This document shows positions 20,932 to 30,186 of a stretch of 64,000 nt of DNA, piece after piece. The first letter of the stretch is position 1. Every line of letters starts with the position of its first letter. Both the position numbers and the translations under genes were made by a program. Below the pieces are notes generated by a model. The model saw only the letters and a program-made list of their open reading frames with translations. It did not search any database and was not told the DNA's origin. The stretch covers positions 2,549-66,548 of the forward strand of contig JBBISJ010000010.1 in assembly GCA_037441345.1 (NCBI GenBank), read 5' to 3'. The stretch is from Chloroflexota bacterium (GTDB taxonomy: Bacteria; Chloroflexota; Dehalococcoidia; SM23-28-2; RBG-16-64-32).

Positions 20932-22044
20932 TCAGGCAAGGAAAAGCACCAGGGGCACGATGAAGATGGCGCCCATAAACAGGGCGAATCCGCGCCGGTT
21001 GTGCGTGATGTGGTTTGCCAGAGTGATGATGACGGCGGAATAGGGCTTGTAAAGGAAGATGAGGACGAGTAGCGATATCACCCCGCCGACGACCATCTGG
21101 GTGAACACGATCGTGAAAGCCCGCGGCGAGTCGAGCAACAACGCGGCGATCATAGTGTCCACCCATGTCGTGATGTTCGCGCCCATTACGTACGGGATGA
21201 TCGCGTTCCTCCGGATGTAGCCCTTCAGGGAAAGTGGTATGAGCAAGGTCAGCGAGATGGAAACGGACAGGGTGACGGCGGTAATCGCCGCCCCGAGGCT
21301 GAACATCGCCAGCGGGTGGTGAAGGGCATCCTTGATGCGCTCCATCCGCAGGCTGGGCTGCTCGAGGTTGGGTAGCGCCCGGTCAAAGACGGCGAACGCC
21401 GTGAGGAGCATCCCGACGCCCAGCACGAACACGACGAGCGTGGGGACGAGGTCCGCGATGCCGTCAACGATGGGGTCGTAGGCAGCGTCTACAAATGACG
21501 TGACGGCCCCGGGCGTGCCTAAGCGGACCGAGTCGAACCAGCCGGATTTGAGAATGACGATGCCGATGGGCAGGACGGGCAGCCAGAGCGTGAACGCCGT
21601 GAGGAGCGCGACAACGCCGATGTAGAGGCCGTCTGCACTCTTCTTGCGGGTCACCCAGAGAACGAAGCCGATGAAGAGCACGATGAAGGACGCACCCAGG
21701 CGGGAGCCGTTAATCATGGCGAACGCCTCGACGTCTGACGTTGTGCCGGAGGAGTAGAGGCTGAGCGAGATGGCGGCGACCGGGGAGCCGCTCATCACGA
21801 TGTAGGAGCCAAGCCAGCCGAATCCCAGGAGATTGACCACGCCGTCCGCGGAGAGGCCTTCGAGGATCGGCTTGAGACCCCTGGCACCAGCCTTCATCAG
21901 CTGGAGCGCCATGATGAAGATAAAGAGGCCGGCGGCGCTGTAGGCGACCCGCGTCCCGGCGCCGGCCAGGGTCTGCCAGCGCGGCCGGGGCAGATGGACG
22001 GGCGCGCCGGCTGTCATCACATCCCGCGCTTGCTCAGATTGCAT
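20932..22044 (-). CDS. SLC34/Na-Pi cotransporter-like membrane protein
   Basis: Two repeats with NGSRLG and MGANIT motifs; overlaps the end of sat. Confidence 0.75.
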   Translation of the reverse strand: MQSEQARDVMTAGAPVHLPRPRWQTLAGAGTRVAYSAAGLFIFIMALQLMKAGARGLKPILEGLSADGVVNLLGFGWLGSYIVMSGSPVAAISLSLYSSGTTSDVEAFAMINGSRLGASFIVLFIGFVLWVTRKKSADGLYIGVVALLTAFTLWLPVLPIGIVILKSGWFDSVRLGTPGAVTSFVDAAYDPIVDGIADLVPTLVVFVLGVGMLLTAFAVFDRALPNLEQPSLRMERIKDALHHPLAMFSLGAAITAVTLSVSISLTLLIPLSLKGYIRRNAIIPYVMGANITTWVDTMIAALLLDSPRAFTIVFTQMVVGGVISLLVLIFLYKPYSAVIITLANHITHNRRGFALFMGAIFIVPLVLFLA

Positions 22045-23221
22045 GGTGCGGCGTCACCCGCTCCTGCATGGCGTCGATCAATACTTTCGCGACCTCGGGC
22101 CGCGAGAATTCCGGCGGCGGCGCGATGCCTCCTGTGAGCATCTCGCGCACCTGGGTGCCGGAGAGGCTGACCCGGTCTTCCGGTCCGTGGGGGCAGGTCT
22201 TGACGCTCGCCAGCTCGCCGCACTTCCTGCAAAAGAAGGAGTGCTCGAACATGAGGGGCGTAATGCCGAGCGCCTGAGGGTCGAATTCGTTGAAGATCAG
22301 CTGGGCGTCGAAGGTGCCGTAGTAGTTGCCGACGCCGGCGTGGTCACGCCCGACGATGAAGTGAGTGCAGCCGTAGTTCTTGCGGACGAGCGCGTGGAAG
22401 ATCGCCTCGCGCGGACCGGCGTAGCGCATGGCGGCGGGGTTGACGGAGAGGACGACTCGGTCGGACGGGTAATAGTTCTCGATCAGGACCTCGTAGCAAC
22501 GCATCCGGACGTCCGCTGGGATGTCGTCGGACTTGGTATCGCCGACGAGTGGGTGGAGCAGCAGGCCGTCCACGATCTCCATGGCGCACTTCTGGATGTA
22601 TTCGTGGGCGCGGTGCACCGGATTGCGGGTCTGGAAGCCGACGACGGTACGCCAGCCGCGGGCGGCGAACCCGGCGCGCGTCTGGGCAGGCGTCAGGCGG
22701 TACTCCGGGAAATCGTCATGGCGTGGCACCTGGAGCACCTTCAGCGGCCCGCCGAGGAGCACGTCTCCCTGGGCGTAGAGAGCGGCGACGCCAGGATGGG
22801 CCTCGTCGTCCGTGCGGTACACGCTGCGGGCCTCGTCGCGCTTGTCGTAAGGGAACTTCTCGCGCACCTCCATGACGGCGATGAGCGTCCCCTCATCGTC
22901 GGTCAGAACGACCTGGCCACCTTCTGTTATCCCCGCCGCTTCGTCCCCGGTGACGGCGAGGGTGATGGGCATGGACCACGGGACTCCGTTGGCGAGGTGC
23001 ATGTCCTGGACCACGGAGCGATAGTCGCCCCGGGTCATGAAGCCGTCGAGCGGGCTGTACCCGCCCACGGCGAGCAGCTCCACGTCCGACAGCGATCGCG
23101 AGTCCAGGGTCACGCGCTGCAGTCCGCTGGCTCGCTCCCGCAGCACCGCCGCCTCATCGCCGGTGGCAACGAGGTCTATGAGGCGTCCGCCGTGCGCGGG
23201 GATAGTTTCTCCGGTGGTCAT
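22034..23221 (-). CDS. sat: Sulfate adenylyltransferase
   Basis: [52 protein letters not shown]. Confidence 0.98.
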   Translation of the reverse strand: MTTGETIPAHGGRLIDLVATGDEAAVLRERASGLQRVTLDSRSLSDVELLAVGGYSPLDGFMTRGDYRSVVQDMHLANGVPWSMPITLAVTGDEAAGITEGGQVVLTDDEGTLIAVMEVREKFPYDKRDEARSVYRTDDEAHPGVAALYAQGDVLLGGPLKVLQVPRHDDFPEYRLTPAQTRAGFAARGWRTVVGFQTRNPVHRAHEYIQKCAMEIVDGLLLHPLVGDTKSDDIPADVRMRCYEVLIENYYPSDRVVLSVNPAAMRYAGPREAIFHALVRKNYGCTHFIVGRDHAGVGNYYGTFDAQLIFNEFDPQALGITPLMFEHSFFCRKCGELASVKTCPHGPEDRVSLSGTQVREMLTGGIAPPPEFSRPEVAKVLIDAMQERVTPHHAI

Positions 23222-23244
23222 CCAGTGCTCCGTTTCGATGATGG

Positions 23245-23273
23245 GTAGAGACGCCCCGGCGGGACGTCTCTAC
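23245..23273. repeat. GTAG-type REP palindrome
   Basis: GTAGAGACG-CCCCGGCGGGA-CGTCTCTAC. Confidence 0.75.
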
Positions 23274-23302
23274 AGGGTTCGCGACGTGTTCGGCCGGGAC
23301 AC

Positions 23303-24025
23303 TTACTCGTGCAGGCCGCACTCCTTGTATTCAGGGTTTTCCCACCACCAGCGGCCCGCGCGGATGTCTTCGCCGGGCTTGATGGCGCGGGTGCAGGGCG
23401 CGCAGCCGATGCTCGGGTAGTTCTGGTCGTGGAGCTTGTTGTACGGGATCTTCTGCTCTTTGATGTACGCCCACACGTCGTCGTTCGTCCACTCGATCAG
23501 CGGGTTCACCTTGATGATCCCGTTGCCCTCGTCCCACTCGATGGCGGGAGTGTCGGTGCGGGTAACGGACTGGTCCTTGCGAAGGCCGGTCATCCAGGCG
23601 CGGGCGTCGGCGAGCGCGCGCTTGAGTGGCTGGACTTTGCGGATGGCGCAGCACTCCTTGCGGTTTTCCAGGCTGTCACGGAAGGAGAAGAACCCCTTTT
23701 CGCGGGTCAGCGCCTCGACCTTGTCGCGGTCGGGGAACATCACCTCGATCGGTACGTCCGGGTACTTGAAGCGGGTGGCCTCCATGACCTGGTATGTCTC
23801 GTCGTTCAGCCGGCCGGTGTCCAGCGTGAATACGCGGATATTCGGCGCGTTTTTCGCAATGATGTCCATGAGCACAACATCCTCGGCGCCGAAACTGTCG
23901 GCGAACTTGATATCGCGCCCGAACGTCTCGCCCGCCCAGCGGACGATCTCGTCCGCGGGCTTGAGGCCGAGTTCGCGGTTAAGCTCCTCGATGTCGGCCT
24001 CTGTGTACCTGACTGCTTCCTTCAC
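23303..24025 (-). CDS. cysH: APS reductase (CysH, Fe-S type)
   Basis: LDTG, CCAIRK, TGLR, YPSIGCAPCT, RAGRW, ECGLH. The CC...CxxC motif marks the [4Fe-4S] APS-reducing type. Confidence 0.95.
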   Translation of the reverse strand: MKEAVRYTEADIEELNRELGLKPADEIVRWAGETFGRDIKFADSFGAEDVVLMDIIAKNAPNIRVFTLDTGRLNDETYQVMEATRFKYPDVPIEVMFPDRDKVEALTREKGFFSFRDSLENRKECCAIRKVQPLKRALADARAWMTGLRKDQSVTRTDTPAIEWDEGNGIIKVNPLIEWTNDDVWAYIKEQKIPYNKLHDQNYPSIGCAPCTRAIKPGEDIRAGRWWWENPEYKECGLHE

Positions 24026-24061
24026 CTTGCTCCTCCGTTTGAGTGGATTTGGATCACGTGG

Positions 24062-25879
24062 CTAGACGGCGCACTCGCCCTCGCCGCGGACGACTTCGAA
24101 CAGCTCTTCCTTGCCCCAGTCCATGTACATCTGGATGTCCTGGTGCACGGGGCCGACTTCCTTGAACTCGTCCAGCAACGTGTCGAGGTTCTTTGCGCCG
24201 ACGCGGTCCACGAAGGCGACGAACTCCTCGCCCTCGTTCCGGTTACTTACATAGTGGTCGATGAGCTTCTTAACGGCCAGCGGCGCGCGCTTTGACGGCA
24301 CGCGGGCAACGCGGGTCCCGAACTTGTCGCCGCCCACGTAGCCACCGCCGCCGAGGAAGATGTCGAAGCAGGGGATCGTGGCGCCGTTGGCGCTGAACGA
24401 CGAGCCCTGGAGACCGATGGCCGCCAGGTGGTGCTGGCCGCAGCCGTTGGGGCAGCCGCTTGCCTTGACGGTGATCTGCTGGACGAGCGGGTCGTCGTCG
24501 TAGCCCCAGCCGAAGGACGCCTCGCGGATCGCATAGCCGACGCCCTGGGACGACGTGATCCCCATCTTGCAGGAATCCGTGCCCGGGCAGCCGACGACAT
24601 CGGCCATGTGGCCCGCATCGGGGTCCCCGAGGCCAAGCGCCTTTAGTTCGGCGTGCAGCGCCGGCAGGGCTTCTTCGCGGACCCAGCGCAGGACCAGGTT
24701 CTGGTTCTGCTGGGTGCGGGCGTTGCCGCCGCTGAAGCGGCGCATGAGGCCGGCCAGGCCGCGGAACTGCTCCGGAGTGAGGTTGCCCAGTGGGACGGTG
24801 ACGGTCACGGCGCAGTGGCCGGCCTGGCGTTGGGGGACGACGTTCGTCGCGACCCAACGGTCGAAGCCCGGGCCCGGCCGATGGCCGTTCGGCGCCTCGC
24901 CGGGCGTTGGGCCCTCGGGGGCCAGCTGCGTCAGCGCGTCCATGTCCAGCGGCTCCCAGGCCCAGGGCTGGGCGAGTTCTTCGTCCACCTGGCGCCGAAA
25001 CTCCTCGATGCCGAGCTTCTGCACAAGGAACTTGACGCGCGCCTTGTTCATATTCTTGCGCAGGAAGTTGGCCAGGCCGCCCTCTTTGTCGAACACCTTC
25101 AGGCAGGCTTCGGCGACGCGGATGTACTGGCCGTCCTCCGCGGTGGCGAAGTCCCAGACTATATCGGCGACGCGGGGCATCGTGGATGTTCCGCCGCCAA
25201 CGACGATTGTGAAGCCACGGACTTCCTTGCGGCCTTCTTTCCGCACCTGGGCGATGAAGCCCATGTCGTGGAACGGTGTACCGGCGCAGTCGATAGGCCC
25301 ACAAGAGAAGGCAGTCTTCCACTTGCGCGGCATGTTCTGGCAGATGGGGTTGCGGATCATGTTCCGCGCGTACGCGGCGAGATACGGCGTGACGTCGAAC
25401 AGCTCGTGGTCGGAGACGCCGGCGTAGGGACAGCCGGTGACGTTGCGGACGGTGTGGCCGCAGGCCTCGCGGGTGGTCAGCCCGACGTCGGCGAGCATGT
25501 GCATCACTTCCTCGGCGGCGAGGAGATCCACGAAGTGGAACTGGATGTTCTCGCGGGTGGTGATGTGCCCGCGGCGCAGGCCGGAGTGGCGCTCGGCGAT
25601 TTCGCCCATCACGTCCATCTGCTCCGCGTTGATGCCGCCGTACGGGAGCTTGATGCGCATCATCTGCTGGTCCATCTGCCGCTGGCCGTACGTGCCCATG
25701 CGCAGGCGGAAGGGAGTAAACTCGCCCTCCAGCGCCTCCGGGTTCTCGCGGTAGCGGCGCGCTTCGATGGCGTAGTTCTCGATCTCCTCGTCAAGCGTGA
25801 CGAAGACGTGGCCTGGCTTGAGGTCTGACGGAACCTTAGGGTGCGCCTTGAAGGTGGAGGGCCTTTCCTGGATGGTCAA
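24062..25879 (-). CDS. sir: Ferredoxin-dependent sulfite reductase (siroheme)
   Basis: HITTRENIQ, GCPGTDSC, SGCPNGCGQH siroheme/Fe-S ligands; heads cysH-sat. Confidence 0.92.
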   Translation of the reverse strand: MTIQERPSTFKAHPKVPSDLKPGHVFVTLDEEIENYAIEARRYRENPEALEGEFTPFRLRMGTYGQRQMDQQMMRIKLPYGGINAEQMDVMGEIAERHSGLRRGHITTRENIQFHFVDLLAAEEVMHMLADVGLTTREACGHTVRNVTGCPYAGVSDHELFDVTPYLAAYARNMIRNPICQNMPRKWKTAFSCGPIDCAGTPFHDMGFIAQVRKEGRKEVRGFTIVVGGGTSTMPRVADIVWDFATAEDGQYIRVAEACLKVFDKEGGLANFLRKNMNKARVKFLVQKLGIEEFRRQVDEELAQPWAWEPLDMDALTQLAPEGPTPGEAPNGHRPGPGFDRWVATNVVPQRQAGHCAVTVTVPLGNLTPEQFRGLAGLMRRFSGGNARTQQNQNLVLRWVREEALPALHAELKALGLGDPDAGHMADVVGCPGTDSCKMGITSSQGVGYAIREASFGWGYDDDPLVQQITVKASGCPNGCGQHHLAAIGLQGSSFSANGATIPCFDIFLGGGGYVGGDKFGTRVARVPSKRAPLAVKKLIDHYVSNRNEGEEFVAFVDRVGAKNLDTLLDEFKEVGPVHQDIQMYMDWGKEELFEVVRGEGECAV

Positions 25880-25919
25880 AGTGATCCCCGTTTCCAGAGC
25901 AGTTCGATGGATAATCGAT

Positions 25920-25970
25920 ATTGTCGGTCTGGTAAGTCGGAATTATAGGCGGAAAGCCGGCCGCCTGTCA
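25920..25970 (-). promoter_or_regulatory. Sigma70 promoter plus Rrf2-type operator of the sir operon
   Basis: Minus strand TTGACA-N18-TATAAT (25970-25941), overlapped by ATTGTCGGTCTGGTAAGTCGGAATT (plus strand, 25920-25944). Confidence 0.8.
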
Positions 25971-25996
25971 AACGCAATCAGGGCCGGGCACCGCAA

Positions 25997-26227
25997 CTAC
26001 TCGGTGGCCGGTAGGCTCCTGAGCGCGCGTCCGAGGTCCTGAAGGAAATCGAAGGGAACGTCCACGGCGGAGCCGGCGCCGTCCTGGAGCCGGACGGCCG
26101 TGTCCAGGAGCGGCCCCAGCCGATCCGCGAAGTCCGGGAAACGGGTGAGCACGACGTGGATGCTCTCCCCCTCCTCGATAAGGGCGAGGCTGCGTTCGAG
26201 GATAAGCGCCAGGGCCGGGTCTTCCAA
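25997..26227 (-). CDS. Small hypothetical protein (Chloroflexi-type helical domain)
   Basis: LERSLALIEEGES...RFPDFADRLGPLL pattern; TTG start after GGAAGG. Confidence 0.55.
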   Translation of the reverse strand: MEDPALALILERSLALIEEGESIHVVLTRFPDFADRLGPLLDTAVRLQDGAGSAVDVPFDFLQDLGRALRSLPATE

Positions 26228-26347
26228 ACGGGTGCCCTTCCCGCCTTCAGGCCTGTGATGGCCCAATTATCTCGCTGCCCGACACGCCGTCAAGGCGTAC
26301 GGACTCGCGGAAATGTTCAGCGTTGTCTCGGCCCGGTCGTTTCGCGA

Positions 26348-26623
26348 CTACCCGCCGGCGACTGCCGGCACGATGCTGACCTCGGCGTTCTCGGTGAGGC
26401 GTGTGCCGACGCCGTCCTGGAAACGGACGTCCTCGCCGTTGACGTAGACGTTCACGAAGCGTCGTAGCTCGCCGGTCTCGTCGCAGAGCCGCTCCTTCAG
26501 GCCGGGGAACTGCTTCTCCAGGCTGTCGATCATCTGCTGCAGGGTGTCGCCGGACCCCTGGACGATGTCCTTCTCCTGTGTCAGCTTCCGGAGCGGGGTA
26601 GGTATGCGTACTGTTATCGGCAT
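26348..26623 (-). CDS. Ubiquitin-like sulfur carrier (MoaD/ThiS)
   Basis: VRIPTPLR, RRFVNVYVNGEDVRF, C-terminal PAVAGG. Confidence 0.92.
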   Translation of the reverse strand: MPITVRIPTPLRKLTQEKDIVQGSGDTLQQMIDSLEKQFPGLKERLCDETGELRRFVNVYVNGEDVRFQDGVGTRLTENAEVSIVPAVAGG

Positions 26624-26635
26624 CGATGATCTCCT

Positions 26636-27007
26636 CTAGCTCTCAACCCTGTGCCACCACTCGCGGAGTTCGTAGCACCGATTGTCATTATCCATGCGAA
26701 TAGCGAAGACGCCATCAAGTTCCACTTTCACGCCGGATGGCACCCTCTCGAACGACGCGTTCCAGCGCGCCAGTCCCGTATCTCCCACGGCGCCGTAGAT
26801 CTCGCAGTGAAACCGGATGTTCCGCTGAGCCACTGAGGCGTCTCCAGCGTAGGCCGCGATCTGATCCCGGCCTACCATCGGCTCGTCGAACGGCGTCTCG
26901 TAGTACCGGGCATCCTCCGTGTACATGTGGGGGATGGCGGATCCATCGCCCGACTCCCACATGTGCCTGTAGGCGTCGAGCCATTTCGTGAACGCGGCCT
27001 CGTCCAT
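26636..27007 (-). CDS. SnoaL/NTF2-like protein
   Basis: WLDAY...YTEDARY...PMVGRDQI...CYELREWW. Confidence 0.85.
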   Translation of the reverse strand: MDEAAFTKWLDAYRHMWESGDGSAIPHMYTEDARYYETPFDEPMVGRDQIAAYAGDASVAQRNIRFHCEIYGAVGDTGLARWNASFERVPSGVKVELDGVFAIRMDNDNRCYELREWWHRVES

Positions 27008-27013
27008 GCCGCG

Positions 27014-27256
27014 CTAGCCCTCGACGACGTCTTCGTAGACCGGGTCGACGCGGACGCCGTTGTCGCGGACCCAGTCCAGTCCGCGCTCAATTTCGTCGCG
27101 GTCGCCTTCCAGTTCGAGTATCACCCAGCCGCGCTCATCGCTAACGTCCGCGCGGCGGATATTGGTGATAACGTCGAACTGCTTTGCGAGCTTCCAGATG
27201 ATGGGTTCTTTGATCAACTCTTCGACGAAGGTGAACTTCACTCGTTGCCTTGCCAT
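27014..27256 (-). CDS. Stand-alone NIL domain protein
   Basis: EPIIWKL...TNIRRADV...GWVILELEG. Confidence 0.85.
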   Translation of the reverse strand: MARQRVKFTFVEELIKEPIIWKLAKQFDVITNIRRADVSDERGWVILELEGDRDEIERGLDWVRDNGVRVDPVYEDVVEG

Positions 27257-27268
27257 TGCTCCATCCCC

Positions 27269-28522
27269 TTATCCGGCCTGACCGGCGAGCGCGGCGGCGC
27301 GCCCGGACAGCGCCTCTTCAAATGACTCGATCGTTGGGCTCACGTGGAGGGCGGGCTTAAGTGCGGGCGCCACCGCCTCCTGGGTCTTGAGTCCAGCGCC
27401 GGTGATGAATGCCACCACCACCTCGTCCGGGTGGACGTGCCCGTCCTCTACCATGCGCCGTAGCCCGGAGACGACTACGCCTCCCGCGGTCTCAGCGAAG
27501 ATGCCCTCGGTCTCGGCCAGGAGCTTGATGCCGTCCACGACTTCGTCATCGGTTACGGCGGTCGCGCCGCCGTTGGTGTCGGCCATCGTCTTCAGGGCGT
27601 AGTATCCATCGGCCGGGTTGCCGATGGCCAGGGACTTGGCGATGGTGTCCGGCTTCTGAGGGCGGATATTGAAGCTGTGGCGGCCCCAGGCCTCGGCGAT
27701 CGGCGAGCAGCCCAGCGCCTGGGCGCCGCTCATCCGTGTGCCCGTCCACTCGACCAGGCCGAGCCAGGCGAGCTCCTTGATGCCCTTGTAGATCTTGGTG
27801 AAGAGCGAACCGCTGGCGAGGGGGACGATGCAGTGGTCCGGCGCGCGCCAGCCGAGCTGCTCGCACACTTCGTAGCCCAGGGTCTTGCTTCCCTCCGCGT
27901 AGTACGGACGGACGTTGATATTGACGAACGCCCATGGGTACTTATCGCCCAGCTCGCTGCAGAGGCGGTTCACGTCGTCGTAGCTGCCGTCGACGCCGAC
28001 GAGAGTCGGCCCGTACACGGCCGAGCCGATCACCTTCCCCTGCTCCAGGTCGGCCGGGATGAACACGCAGGCGCGCATTCCGGCGCGGGCGGCGTGAGCG
28101 GAGACGCTGTTGGCCAGGTTGCCCGTGGAGGCGCAGGCGAGCGTATCGAACTCGAACCCGCGCGCCACGCTGCTGGCGACTGAGACGACGCGGTCCTTGA
28201 AGGACCAGGTGGGGTTCTGGCAGTCGTTCTTGATGTACAGGCGGTTGAGGCCGAGCGCGCGGCCGAGGTTGCCGGCCCGGATGAGCGGCGTGTAGCCGGT
28301 GCCGATGTCGATCGCGGTTTCGGCGTCGCAGGGAAGCAGGTCCGCGTAGCGCCACATCGTCGGCGGGCCGGCCTCGATGGAGTCACGGCTGATGCGGCTC
28401 TTGATCGCTGCGTAGTCGTAGACGACTTCCAGCGGGCCGAAACAGAATTCGCAGACGTTACTCGGCGTCAGTCCGTATTGGTGGCCGCATTCGCGGCATC
28501 TGAGGTTCCTGGCGAATGACAC
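27269..28522 (-). CDS. Threonine synthase-family PLP enzyme (probable O-phosphohomoserine sulfur-transfer enzyme)
   Basis: CRECG...CEFCFGPL, NPTWSFKDR, CASTGN, EGSKT, ITGAGLKT; lies under a SAM-I riboswitch. Confidence 0.9.
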   Translation of the reverse strand: MSFARNLRCRECGHQYGLTPSNVCEFCFGPLEVVYDYAAIKSRISRDSIEAGPPTMWRYADLLPCDAETAIDIGTGYTPLIRAGNLGRALGLNRLYIKNDCQNPTWSFKDRVVSVASSVARGFEFDTLACASTGNLANSVSAHAARAGMRACVFIPADLEQGKVIGSAVYGPTLVGVDGSYDDVNRLCSELGDKYPWAFVNINVRPYYAEGSKTLGYEVCEQLGWRAPDHCIVPLASGSLFTKIYKGIKELAWLGLVEWTGTRMSGAQALGCSPIAEAWGRHSFNIRPQKPDTIAKSLAIGNPADGYYALKTMADTNGGATAVTDDEVVDGIKLLAETEGIFAETAGGVVVSGLRRMVEDGHVHPDEVVVAFITGAGLKTQEAVAPALKPALHVSPTIESFEEALSGRAAALAGQAG

Positions 28523-28637
28523 GATGGTTATCCCCTGTCTTGAGAGCGGGATCGATGTTGGAGCATGGGCCTCGCTACCGTCAGGCGGAGGCCCCCGTCA
28601 TCGCCATTCGCGCAGTTGCTGTTTTGCTCATTAAATG

Positions 28638-28664
28638 AAAAACCCCTTCTGTGCCAGAAGAGGT
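28638..28664 (-). terminator. Riboswitch expression-platform terminator
   Basis: Minus strand ACCTCTTCTG-GCA-CAGAAGGGGT-TTTT. Confidence 0.8.
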
Positions 28665-28672
28665 CCGTGTTG

Positions 28673-28774
28673 CCTTATCGTTCCCCCGTCTGGGGGCCGG
28701 CATTGGCACCGCTGTCCACCTGGACCGGTTGCCGGGTTTCACAGGGCCGTCGCCCTCCACCTCTCTGGATAAGG
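28673..28774 (-). ncRNA. SAM-I (S-box) riboswitch
   Basis: Minus strand CTTATCCAGAGAGGTGGAGGGCGACGGCCCTGTGAAACCCGGCAACC...GGTGCCAATGCC...GATAAG matches the SAM-I consensus with P1 pairing. Confidence 0.95.
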
Positions 28775-28796
28775 ATCTATTCGATTTATGAATGGG

Positions 28797-28825
28797 ATGC
28801 TAGCAGGCAGATAGACAGATGTCAA
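28797..28825 (-). promoter_or_regulatory. Sigma70 promoter of the SAM riboswitch leader
   Basis: Minus strand TTGACA-N17-TAGCAT with TG extension. Confidence 0.8.
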
Positions 28826-29104
28826 CTCGATTCCCCAATGACCCATTGACAAGATTGCAATTGGGGCGCAGTATTGTTGCGCGTCCAAGAAGGGGGTACC
28901 GCCATGCTGTTCTTCGGTTTCGGCTCGCGTCTGGCCCGGCTTTCTGTCCGGGCGACACTCTTCGTTCTCTCTTCAGCGGTTATTGTGTTGTCCGCCAAGC
29001 GGCACTGCACCCTCCGGCCCGGTGCCCAGCGGTAATGGGTCAGCGGCACAGGGGATTGGGAACCTCAGCACCGTCCCTACCGTCTGAAGAGTGAAGGATG
29101 TGGG

Positions 29105-29662
29105 ATGTCTGAAGATGAGGTGAATGCCGTGGAAGCATATGGCGCTCGCGGAGATGGAGGCGGCGGTGAGCACGCCCGGCGCTTTCGTACCCTCTTCCCA
29201 CTGCTCACTGGCGTTGTGCTTGCCCTGGCCGCCTGCAGCGATGCTGGCCCGAACGACCGCGATTCGGGCGCGCAGGGCGACAATTTTGGGCCGATGGCCA
29301 TCATTCGCATGGAGCCGCCCGCTATTCGATACCAAGCGCTGGGCGGTACGGGCCCTGTTGAGATTGGCGACACTTGTGTGACCCTGACCAGGGCCAACGG
29401 GGACAAGCTATTGCTCGTGTGGAGAGAAACGGACGTGCTTTGGGATGAGGGTTCGCGGACCATAACCTTTGCCGCCCGTCCTGATGAGCCCCTAGTCATC
29501 GCAGATGGCGACGAAGTTACAGTCGGTGGGCGGGCGCTCATTCATGAGGACGGATCGCCTGTGGAAGTGGAATGGATCGTGACTCCGAACGCCGGTTGCA
29601 CCGGCACGCCGTGGGATGTCTCGAGTACGTCGGCGTCGCCCCCGGCGGGCCTTCTAGAGTAA
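29105..29662 (+). CDS. Hypothetical lipoprotein
   Basis: Hydrophobic stretch with LAAC lipobox; exact start uncertain. Confidence 0.6.
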   Translation: MSEDEVNAVEAYGARGDGGGGEHARRFRTLFPLLTGVVLALAACSDAGPNDRDSGAQGDNFGPMAIIRMEPPAIRYQALGGTGPVEIGDTCVTLTRANGDKLLLVWRETDVLWDEGSRTITFAARPDEPLVIADGDEVTVGGRALIHEDGSPVEVEWIVTPNAGCTGTPWDVSSTSASPPAGLLE

Positions 29663-29690
29663 GGTCGCGGGCATTCCCGCGGATGGTGCG

Positions 29691-30035
29691 CTATGCGGAT
29701 ACTGCGGCGGGACGGCGCGGATGGCGGGCGTGCTCTTCGACAAGCTCGCCCAGGACCGCCCGCAGGGGCAGCCCCTTGAGTGTGGGGTGCTTGAAGTCGG
29801 CGTCGAGGTCGACGGTGTAGTGGTGGCGACGTCCCTCCCGGCGGATGCGGAGCATGCCGGCGCGACGGAGGTCCCCGATCAGCCCCCAGACAGTGCGCTG
29901 GGTGAGCGACATGTCATCCGCTATTTCGCGGATCGTGCAGTCGGGGTGGACGGCGACGTAGAAGAGGACGGAGCCGTGACTGGAGACGAGATACCAGTGG
30001 CTGTTGATATGGTTGATCTTGCCGTTGAACGCCAT
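29691..30035 (-). CDS. Winged-helix DNA-binding protein
   Basis: HGSVL...PDCTIREIA...LTQRTVWGLIGDLRRAG...REGRRHHY. Confidence 0.8.
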   Translation of the reverse strand: MAFNGKINHINSHWYLVSSHGSVLFYVAVHPDCTIREIADDMSLTQRTVWGLIGDLRRAGMLRIRREGRRHHYTVDLDADFKHPTLKGLPLRAVLGELVEEHARHPRRPAAVSA

Positions 30036-30186
30036 CGGTTAGTGCGCCTGGCCTTTCTCGGGAATGGCGATTCCGGTTCCCTTATCAGCGCAACGGAATA
30101 CTGCCATCGGATATCTGCCGTTACAATTCGGACGCTCGTACAGTAAAACAGTCGGGTTTGAGCCGGCGTTACAACCCGGGAGTTCC

